Source: Eledone cirrhosa
Lineage: Eukaryota
DNA length: 64,000 bases
Reading direction: 5' to 3'
Assembly (NCBI GenBank): GCA_964016885.1
Contig: OZ024744.1
Coordinates: forward strand, 1,364,001 to 1,428,000
Shown: piece by piece, positions 52,401-63,500 of the stretch
How the letters are laid out: every line of letters begins with the position of its first letter
Position numbering within the stretch: the first letter of the stretch is position 1
Notes under the pieces: generated by a model
Told to the model about the DNA's origin: nothing
Databases searched by the model: none
Seen by the model: only the letters and a program-made list of their open reading frames with translations
Made by a program: the position numbers and the translations under genes

Positions 52401-55083
52401 AAACTTCGTTATTCACCAAGCTATCTTTCTCTACCTTGTCTTCCCCCAAAACTTCGTTCTTCACCAAGCTATCTTTCTCTACCTTGTCTTCCCACAAAAC
52501 TTCGTTCTTCACCAAGCTATCTTTCTCTACCTTGTCTTCCCACAAAACGTCGTTCTTCACCAAGCTATCTTTCTCTACTTTGTCTTCCCTCAAAACTTCG
52601 TTCTTCACCAAGCTATCTTTCTCTACCTTGTCTTCCCCCAAAACTTCGTTCTTCACCAAGCTATCTTTCTCTCCCTTGTCTTCCCTCAAAACTTCGTTCT
52701 TCACCAAGCTATCTTTTTCGACCTTGTCTTCCCCCAAAACTTCGTTATTCACCAAGCTATCTTTCTCTACCTCGTCTTCCCCCAAAACTTCGTTCTTCAC
52801 CAAGCTATCTTTCTCTACCTTGTCTTCCCCCAAAACTTCGTTCTTCACCAAGCTATCTTTCACGACCTTGTCTTCCCTCAAAACGTCGTTCTTCACCAAG
52901 CTATCTTTCTCTACCTTGTCTTCCCCCAAAACTTCGTTCTTCACCAAGCTATCTTTCTCTACCTTGTCTTCCCCCAAAACTTCGTTCTTCACCAAGCTAT
53001 CTTTCTCTACCTCGTCTTCCCTCAAAACTTCGTTCTTCACCAAGCTATCTTTCTCTACCTTGTCTTCCCCCAAAACTTTGTTCTTCACCAAGCTATCTTT
53101 CTCTACCTTGTCTTCCCCCAAAACTTCGTTCTTCACCAAGCTATCTTTCTCTAGCTTGTCTTCATACAAAATTTCGTTCTTCACCAAGCTATCTTTCTCT
53201 ACCTTGTCTTCCCACAAAACGTCATTCTTCACCAAGCTATCTTTCTCTACCTTGTCTTCCGTCAAAACTTCGTTCTTCACCAAGCTATCTTTCTCTAACT
53301 TGTCTTCCCTCAAAACGTCGTTCTTCACCAAGCTATCTTTCTCTACCTTGTCTTCCCCCAAAACTTCGTTCTTCACCAAGCTATCTTTCTCTACCTTGTC
53401 TTCCCCCAAAACTTCGTTCTTCGCAAGCTATCTTTCTCTACCTTGTCTTCTCCCAAAACTTCGTTATTCACCAAGCTATCTTTCTCTACCTTGTCTTCCC
53501 CCAAAACTTCGTTCTTCACCAAGCTATCTTTCTCTACCTTGTCTTCCCCCAGAACTTCGTTCTTCACCAAGCTATCTTTCTCTACCTTGTCTTCCCCCAA
53601 AACTTCTTTCTACACCAAGTCATCTTTCTCTACCTTGTCATCCCTCAAAACTTCGTTCTTCACCAATCTATCTTTCTCTGCCTTGTCTTCCCCCAAAACT
53701 TCGTTCTTCACCAAGCTATCTTTCTCTACCTTGTCTTCACACAAAACTTCGTTCTTCACCAAGCTATCTTTCTCTACCTTGTCTTCCCTCAGAACTTCGT
53801 TCTTCACCAAGCTATCTTTCTCTACCTTGTCTTCCCCCAAAACTTCGTTCTTCACCAAGCTATCTTTCTCTACCTTGTCTTTCATCAAAACGTCGTTCTT
53901 CACCAAGCTCTCTTTCTCTACCTTGTCTTCCCCCAAAACTTCGTTCTTCACCAAGCTATCTTTCTCTACCTTGTCTTCCCCCAAAACTTCGTTCTTCACC
54001 AAGCTATCTTTTTCTACCTTGTCTTCCCTCAAAACATCGTTCTTCACCAAGCTATCTTTCTCTACCTTGTCTTCCCTCAAAACTTCGTTCTTCACCAAGC
54101 TATCTTTCTCTACCTTGTCTTCCCCCAAAACTTCGTTCTTCACCAAGCTATCTTTCTCTACCTTGTCTTCTCCCAAAACTTCGTTATTCACCAAGCTATC
54201 TTTCTCTACCTTGTCTTCCCTCAAAACTTCGTTCTTCACCAAGCTATCTTTCTCTACCTTGTCTTCCCCCAAAACTTCGTTCTTCACCAAGCTATCTTTC
54301 TCTAGCTTGTCTTCACACAAAACTTCGTTCTTCACCAAGATATCTTTCTCTACCTTGTCTTCTCCCAAAACTTCGTTCTTCACCAAGCTATCTTTCTCTA
54401 CCTTGCCTTCCCTCAGAACTTCGTTCTTCAACAAGCTATCTTTCTCTACCTTGTCTTCCCCCAAAACTTCGTTCTTCACCAAGCTATCTTTCTCTACCTT
54501 GTCTTCCCCCAAAACTTCGTTCTTCACCAAGCTATCTTTCTCTACCTTGTCTTCCCACAAAACTTCGTTCTTCACCAAGCTATCTTTCTCTACCTTGTCT
54601 TCCCACAAAACGTCGTTCTTCACCAAGCTATCTTTCTCTACCTTGTCTTCCCACAAAACGTCATTCTTCACCAAGCTATCTTTCTCTACCTTGTCTTCCG
54701 TCAAAACTTCGTTCTTCACCAAGATATCTTTCTCTACCTTGTCTTCTCCCAAAACTTCGTTCTTCACCAAGCTATCTTTCTCTACCTTGTCTTCCCTCAA
54801 ACCTTCGTTCTTCACCAAGCTATCTTTCTCTACCTTGTCTTCCCCCAAAACTTCGTTCTTCACCAAGCTATCTTTCTCTACATTGTCTTCCCCAAAACTT
54901 CGTTCTTCACCAAGCTATCTTTCTCTACCTTGTCTTCCCCCAAAACTTTCTTGTTCACCAAGCTATCTTTCTCTACCTCGTCTTCCCCCAAAACTTCGTT
55001 CTTCACCAAGCTATCTTTCTCTACCTTGTCTTCCCCCAAAACTTCGTTCTTCACCAAGCTATCTTTCTCTACCTTGTCTTCCC
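49435..55083. repeat. Near-perfect tandem duplication, period 2781 bp (58 monomers - 3)
   Basis: Identical ORF pairs 49507..50628/52288..53409, 50610..50819/53391..53600 and 50829..52085/53610..54866. The private marker CCCCCAGAAC occurs at about 50765/53546. Confidence 0.93.
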
Positions 55084-55334
55084 ACAAAACGTCGTTCTTC
55101 ACCAAGCTATCTTTCTCTACCTTGTCTTCCCACAAAACGTCATTCTTCACCAAGCTATCTTTCTCTACCTTGTCTTCCGTCAAAACTTCGTTCTTCACCA
55201 AGATATCTTTCTCTACCTTGTCTTCTCCCAAAACTTCGTTCTTCACCAAGCTATCTTTCTCTACCTTGTCTTCCCCCAAAACTTCGTTCTTCACCAAGCT
55301 ATCTTTCTCTACCTTGTCTTCCCTCAAAACTTCT

Positions 55335-58300
55335 TTCTTCACCAAGCTATCTTTTTCGACCTTGTCTTCCCCCAAAACTTCGTTATTCACCAAGCTATCT
55401 TTCTCTACCTCGTCTTCCCCCAAAACTTCGTTCTTCACCAAGCTATCTTTCTCTACCTTGTCTTCCCCCAAAACTTCGTTCTTCACCAAGCTATCTTTCA
55501 CGACCTTGTCTTCCCTCAAAACGTCGTTCTTCACCAAGCTATCTTTCTCTACCTTGTCTTCCCCCAAAACTTCGTTCTTCACCAAGCTATCTTTCTCTAC
55601 CTTGTCTTCCCCCAAAACTTCGTTCTTCACCAAGCTATCTTTCTCTACCTCGTCTTCCCTCAAAACTTCGTTCTTCACCAAGCTATCTTTCTCTACCTTG
55701 TCTTCCCCCAAAACTTTGTTCTTCACCAAGCTATCTTTCTCTACCTTGTCTTCCCCCAAAACTTCGTTCTTCACCAAGCTATCTTTCTCTACCTTGTCTT
55801 CCCCTAAAACTTCGTTCTTCACCAAGCTATCTTTCTCTAGCTTGTCTTCATACAAAACTTCGTTCTTCACCAAGCTATCTTTCTCTACCTTGTCTTCCCA
55901 CAAAACGTTATTCTTCACCAAGCTATCTTTCTCTACCCTGTCTTCCGTCAAAACTTCGTTCTTCACCAAGCTATCTTTCTCTACCTTGTCTTCCCTCAAA
56001 CCTTCGTTCTTCACCAAGCTATCTTTCTCTACCTTGTCTTCCCCCAAAACTTCGTTATTCACCAAGCTATCTTTCTCTACCTCGTCTTCCCACAAAACTT
56101 CGTTCTTCACCAAGCTATCTTTCTCTACCTTGTCTTCCCCCAAAACTTCGTTCTTCACCAAGCTATCTTTCACGACCTTGTCTTCCCTCAAAACGTCGTT
56201 CTTCACCAAGCTATCTTTCTCTACCTTGTCTTCCCCCAAAACTTCGTTCTTCACCAAGCTATCTTTCTCTACCCTGTCTTCCCCCAAAACTTCGTTCTTC
56301 ACCAAGCTATCTTTCTCCACCTCGTCTTCCCTCAAAACTTCGTTCTTCACCAAGCTATCTTTCTCTACCTTGTCTTCCCCCAAAACTTTGTTCTTCACCA
56401 AGCTATCTTTCTCTACTTTGTCTTCCCTCAAAACTTCGTTCTTCACCAAGCTATCTTTCTCTACCTTGTCTTCCCCCAAAACTTCGTTCTTCACCAAGCT
56501 CTCTTTCTCTACCTTGTCTTCCCTCAAAACTTCGTTCTTCACCAAGCTATCTTTTTCGACCTTGTCTTCCCCCAAAACTTCGTTATTCACCAAGCTATCT
56601 TTCTCTACCTCGTCTTCCCCCAAAACTTCGTTCTTCACCAAGCTATCTTTCTCTACCTTGTCTTCCCCCAAAACTTCGTTCTTCACCAAGCTATCTTTCA
56701 CGACCTTGTCTTCCCTCAAAACGTCGTTCTTCACCAAGCTATCTTTCTCTACCTTGTCTTCCCCCAAAACTTCGTTCTTCACCAAGCTATCTTTCTCTAC
56801 CTTGTCTTCCCCCAAAACTTCGTTCTTCACCAAGCTATCTTTCTCTACCTCGTCTTCCCTCAAAACTTCGTTCTTCACCAAGCTATCTTTCTCTACCTTG
56901 TCTTCCCCCAAAACTTTGTTCTTCACCAAGCTATCTTTCTCTACCTTGTCTTCCCCCAAAACTTCGTTCTTCACCAAGCTATCTTTCTCTACCTTGTCTT
57001 CCCCTAAAACTTCGTTCTTCACCAAGCTATCTTTCTCTAGCTTGTCTTCATACAAAACTTCGTTCTTCACCAAGCTATCTTTCTCTACCTTGTCTTCCCA
57101 CAAAACGTTATTCTTCACCAAGCTATCTTTCTCTACCCTGTCTTCCGTCAAAACTTCGTTCTTCACCAAGCTATCTTTCTCTACCTTGTCTTCCCTCAAA
57201 CCTTCGTTCTTCACCAAGCTATCTTTCTCTACCTTGTCTTCCCCCAAAACTTCGTTCTTCACCAAGCTATCTTTCTCTACATTGTCTTCCCCAAAACTTC
57301 GTTCTTCACCAAGCTATCTTTCTCTACCTTGTCTTCCCCCAAAACTTCCTTGTTCACCAAGCTATCTTTCTCTACCTCGTCTTCCCCCAAAACTTCGTTC
57401 TTCACCAAGCTATCTTTCTCTACCTTGTCTTCCCCCAAAACTTCGTTCTTCACCAAGCTATCTTTCTCTACCTTGTCTTCCCACAAAACTTCGTTCTTCA
57501 CCAAGCTATCTTTCTCTACCTTGTCTTCCCACAAAACGTCGTTCTTCACCAAGCTATCTGTCTCTACTTTGTCTTCCCTCAAAACTACGTTCTTCACCAA
57601 GCTATCTTTCTCTACCTTGTCTTCCCCCAAAACTTCGTTCTTCACCAAGCTATCTTTCTCTCCCTTGTCTTCCCTCAAAACTTCGTTCTTCACCAAGCTA
57701 TCTTTTTCGACCTTGTCTTCCCCCAAAACTTCGTTATTCACCAAGCTATCTTTCTCTACCTCGTCTTCCCCCAAAACTTCGTTCTTCACCAAGCTATCTT
57801 TCTCTACCTTGTCTTCCCCCAAAACTTCGTTCTTCACCAAGCTATCTTTCACGACCTTGTCTTCCCTCAAAACGTCGTTCTTCACCAAGCTATCTTTCTC
57901 TACCTTGTCTTCCCCCAAAACTTCGTTCTTCACCAAGCTATCTTTCTCTACCTTGTCTTCCCCCAAAACTTCGTTCTTCACCAAGCTATCTTTCTCTACC
58001 TCGTCTTCCCTCAAAACTTCGTTCTTCACCAAGCTATCTTTCTCTACCTTGTCTTCCCCCAAAACTTTGTTCTTCACCAAGCTATCTTTCTCTACCTTGT
58101 CTTCCCCCAAAACTTCGTTCTTCACCAAGCTATCTTTCTCTACCTTGTCTTCCCCTAAAACTTCGTTCTTCACCAAGCTATCTTTCTCTAGCTTGTCTTC
58201 ATACAAAACTTCGTTCTTCACCAAGCTATCTTTCTCTACCTTGTCTTCCCACAAAACGTTATTCTTCACCAAGCTATCTTTCTCTACCCTGTCTTCCGTC

Positions 58301-60559
58301 AAAACTTCGTTCTTCACCAAGCTATCTTTCTCTACCTTGTCTTCCCTCAAACCTTCGTTCTTCACCAAGCTATCTTTCTCTACCTTGTCTTCCCCCAAAA
58401 CTTCGTTATTCACCAAGCTATCTTTCTCTACCTCGTCTTCCCACAAAACTTCGTTCTTCACCAAGCTATCTTTCTCTACCTTGTCTTCCCCCAAAACTTC
58501 GTTCTTCACCAAGCTATCTTTCACGACCTTGTCTTCCCTCAAAACGTCGTTCTTCACCAAGCTATCTTTCTCTACCTTGTCTTCCCCCAAAACTTCGTTC
58601 TTCACCAAGCTATCTTTCTCTACCCTGTCTTCCCCCAAAACTTCGTTCTTCACCAAGCTATCTTTCTCCACCTCGTCTTCCCTCAAAACTTCGTTCTTCA
58701 CCAAGCTATCTTTCTCTACCTTGTCTTCCCCCAAAACTTTGTTCTTCACCAAGCTATCTTTCTCTACTTTGTCTTCCCTCAAAACTTCGTTCTTCACCAA
58801 GCTATCTTTCTCTACCTTGTCTTCCCCCAAAACTTCGTTCTTCACCAAGCTCTCTTTCTCTACCTTGTCTTCCCTCAAAACTTCGTTCTTCACCAAGCTA
58901 TCTTTTTCGACCTTGTCTTCCCCCAAAACTTCGTTATTCACCAAGCTATCTTTCTCTACCTCGTCTTCCCCCAAAACTTCGTTCTTCACCAAGCTATCTT
59001 TCTCTACCTTGTCTTCCCCCAAAACTTCGTTCTTCACCAAGCTATCTTTCACGACCTTGTCTTCCCTCAAAACGTCGTTCTTCACCAAGCTATCTTTCTC
59101 TACCTTGTCTTCCCCCAAAACTTCGTTCTTCACCAAGCTATCTTTCTCTACCTTGTCTTCCCCCAAAACTTCGTTCTTCACCAAGCTATCTTTCTCTACC
59201 TCGTCTTCCCTCAAAACTTCGTTCTTCACCAAGCTATCTTTCTCTACCTTGTCTTCCCCCAAAACTTTGTTCTTCACCAAGCTATCTTTCTCTACCTTGT
59301 CTTCCCCCAAAACTTCGTTCTTCACCAAGCTATCTTTCTCTACCTTGTCTTCCCCTAAAACTTCGTTCTTCACCAAGCTATCTTTCTCTAGCTTGTCTTC
59401 ATACAAAACTTCGTTCTTCACCAAGCTATCTTTCTCTACCTTGTCTTCCCACAAAACGTTATTCTTCACCAAGCTATCTTTCTCTACCCTGTCTTCCGTC
59501 AAAACTTCGTTCTTCACCAAGCTATCTTTCTCTACCTTGTCTTCCCTCAAACCTTCGTTCTTCACCAAGCTATCTTTCTCTACCTTGTCTTCCCCCAAAA
59601 CTTCGTTCTTCACCAAGCTATCTTTCTCTACATTGTCTTCCCCAAAACTTCGTTCTTCACCAAGCTATCTTTCTCTACCTTGTCTTCCCCCAAAACTTCC
59701 TTGTTCACCAAGCTATCTTTCTCTACCTCGTCTTCCCCCAAAACTTCGTTCTTCACCAAGCTATCTTTCTCTACCTTGTCTTCCCCCAAAACTTCGTTCT
59801 TCACCAAGCTATCTTTCTCTACCTTGTCTTCCCACAAAACTTCGTTCTTCACCAAGCTATCTTTCTCTACCTTGTCTTCCCACAAAACGTCGTTCTTCAC
59901 CAAGCTATCTGTCTCTACTTTGTCTTCCCTCAAAACTACGTTCTTCACCAAGCTATCTTTCTCTACCTTGTCTTCCCCCAAAACTTCGTTCTTCACCAAG
60001 CTATCTTTCTCTCCCTTGTCTTCCCTCAAAACTTCGTTCTTCACCAAGCTATCTTTTTCGACCTTGTCTTCCCCCAAAACTTCGTTATTCACCAAGCTAT
60101 CTTTCTCTACCTCGTCTTCCCCCAAAACTTCGTTCTTCACCAAGCTATCTTTCTCTACCTTGTCTTCCCCCAAAACTTCGTTCTTCACCAAGCTATCTTT
60201 CACGACCTTGTCTTCCCTCAAAACGTCGTTCTTCACCAAGCTATCTTTCTCTACCTTGTCTTCCCCCAAAACTTCGTTCTTCACCAAGCTATCTTTCTCT
60301 ACCTTGTCTTCCCCCAAAACTTCGTTCTTCACCAAGCTATCTTTCTCTACCTCGTCTTCCCTCAAAACTTCGTTCTTCACCAAGCTATCTTTCTCTACCT
60401 TGTCTTCCCCCAAAACTTTGTTCTTCACCAAGCTATCTTTCTCTACCTTGTCTTCCCCCAAAACTTCGTTCTTCACCAAGCTATCTTTCTCTACCTTGTC
60501 TTCCCCTAAAACTTCGTTCTTCACCAAGCTATCTTTCTCTAGCTTGTCTTCATACAAAA
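55335..60559. repeat. Tandem duplication, period 2351 bp (49 monomers - 1)
   Basis: ORF ends 57265/59616, 57277/59628 and 58158/60509. The private marker TATCTGTCTCTACTTT...AAAACTACG occurs at about 57555-57589 and about 59906-59940. Confidence 0.92.
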
Positions 60560-63500
60560 TTTCGTTCTTCACCAAGCTATCTTTCTCTACCTTGTCTTCC
60601 CACAAAACGTCATTCTTCACCAAGCTATCTTTCTCTACCTTGTCTTCCGTCAAAACTTCGTTCTTCACCAAGCTATCTTTCTCTAACTTGTCTTCCCTCA
60701 AAACGTCGTTCTTCACCAAGCTATCTTTCTCTACCTTGTCTTCCCCCAAAACTTCGTTCTTCACCAAGCTATCTTTATCTCCCTTGTCTTCCCTCAAAAC
60801 TTCGTTCTTCACCAAGCTATCTTTTTCGACCTTGTCTTCCCCCAAAACTTCGTTATTCACCAAGCTATCTTTCTCTACCTCGTCTTCCCCCAAAACTTCG
60901 TTCTTCACCAAGCTATCTTTCTCTACCTTGTCTTCCCCCAAAACTTCGTTCTTCACCAAGCTATCTTTCTCTACCTTGTCTTCTCCCAAAACTTCGTTAT
61001 TCACCAAGCTATCTTTCTCTACCTTGTCTTCCCCCAAAACTTCGTTCTTCACCAAGCTATCTTTCTCTACCTTGTCTTCCCCCAAAACTTCGTTCTTCAC
61101 CAAGCTATCTTTCTCTACCTTGTCTTCCCCCAAAACTTCTTTCTACACCAAGTCATCTTTCTCTACCTTGTCATCCCTCAAAACTTCGTTCTTCACCAAT
61201 CTATCTTTCTCTGCCTTGTCTTCCCCCAAAACTTCGTTCTTCACCAAGCTATCTTTCTCTACCTTGTCTTCACACAAAACTTCGTTCTTCACCAAGCTAT
61301 CTTTCTCTACCTTGTCTTCCCTCAGAACTTCGTTCTTCACCAAGCTATCTTTCTCTACCTTGTCTTCCCCCAAAACTTCGTTCTTCACCAAGCTATCTTT
61401 CTCTACCTTGTCTTCTCCCAAAATTTCGTTATTCACCAAGCTATCTTTCTCTACCTTGTCTTCCCTCAAAACTTCGTTCTTCACCAAGCTATCTTTCTCT
61501 ACCTTGTCTTCCCCCAAAACTTCGTTCTTCACCAAGTCATCTTTCTCTACCTTGTCATCCCTCAAAACTTTGTTCTTCACCAATCTATCTTTCTCTACCT
61601 TGTCTTCCCCCAAAACTTCGTTCTTCACCAAGCTATCTTTCTCTAGCTTGTCTTCACACAAAACTTCGTTCTTCACCAAGATATCTTTCTCTACCTTGTC
61701 TTCTCCCAAAACTTCGTTCTTCACCAAGCTATCTTTCTCTACCTTGCCTTCCCTCAGAACTTCGTTCTTCAACAAGCTATCTTTCTCTACCTTGTCTTCC
61801 CCCAAAACTTCGTTCTTCACCAAGCTATCTTTCTCTACCTTGTCTTCCCCCAAAACTTCGTTCTTCACCAAGCTATCTTTCTCTACCTTGTCTTCCCACA
61901 AAACTTCGTTCTTCACCAAGCTATCTTTCTCTACCTTGTCTTCCCACAAAACGTCGTTCTTCACCAAGCTATCTTTCTCTACCTTGTCTTCCCACAAAAC
62001 GTCATTCTTCACCAAGCTATCTTTCTCTACCTTGTCTTCCGTCAAAACTTCGTTCTTCACCAAGATATCTTTCTCTACCTTGTCTTCTCCCAAAACTTCG
62101 TTCTTCACCAAGCTATCTTTCTCTACCTTGTCTTCCCTCAAACCTTCGTTCTTCACCAAGCTATCTTTCTCTACCTTGTCTTCCCCCAAAACTTCGTTCT
62201 TCACCAAGCTATCTTTCTCTACATTGTCTTCCCCAAAACTTCGTTCTTCACCAAGCTATCTTTCTCTACCTTGTCTTCCCCCAAAACTTTCTTGTTCACC
62301 AAGCTATATTTCTCTACCTCGTCTTCCCCCAAAACTTCGTTCTTCACCAAGCTATCTTTCTCTACCTTGTCTTCCCCCAAAACTTCGTTCTTCACCAAGC
62401 TATCTTTCTCTACCTTGTCTTCCCACAAAACGTCGTTCTTCACCAAGCTATCTTTCTCTACCTTGTCTTCCCACAAAACGTCATTCTTCACCAAGCTATC
62501 TTTCTCTACCTTGTCTTCCGTCAAAACTTCGTTCTTCACCAAGATATCTTTCTCTACCTTGTCTTCTCCCAAAACTTCGTTCTTCACCAAGCTATCTTTC
62601 TCTACCTTGTCTTCCCTCAAACCTTCGTTCTTCACCAAGCTATCTTTCTCTACCTTGTCTTCCCCCAAAACTTCGTTCTTCACCAAGCTATCTTTCTCTA
62701 CATTGTCTTCCCCAAAACTTCGTTCTTCACCAAGCTATCTTTCTCTACCTTGTCTTCCCCCAAAACTTCGTTCTTCACCAAGCTATCTTTCTCTACCTCG
62801 TCTTCCCCCAAAACTTCGTTCTTCACCAAGCTATCTTTCTCTACCTTGTCTTCCCCCAAAACTTCGTTCTTCACCAAGCTATCTTTCTCTACCTTGTCTT
62901 CCCACAAAACTTCGTTCTTCACCAAGCTATCTTTCTCTACCTTGTCTTCCCACACAACGTCGTTCTTCACCAAGCTATCTTTCTCTACTTTGTCTTCCCT
63001 CAAAACTTCGTTCTTCACCAAGCTATCTTTCTCTACCTTGTCTTCCCCCAAAACTTCGTTCTTCACCAAGCTATCTTTCTCTACCTTGTCTTCCCTCAAA
63101 ACTTCGTTCTTCACCAAGCTATCTTTTTCGACCTTGTCTTCCCCCAAAACTTCGTTATTCACCAAGCTATCTTTCTCTACCTTGTCTTCCCCCAAAACTT
63201 CGTTCTTCACCAAGCTATCTTTCACGACCTTGTCTTCCCCCAAAACTTCGTTCTTCACCAAGCTATCTTTCTCTACCTTGTCTTCCCCCAAAACTTCGTT
63301 CTTCACCAAGCTATCTTTCACGACCTTGTCTTCCCTCAAAACGTCGTTCTTCACCAAGCTATCTTTCTCTACCTTGTCTTCCCCCAAAACTTCGTTCTTC
63401 ACCAAGCTATCTTTCTCTACCTTGTCTTCCCCCAAAACTTCGTTCTTCACCAAGCTATCTTTCTCTACCTCGTCTTCCCTCAAAACTTCGTTCTTCACCA

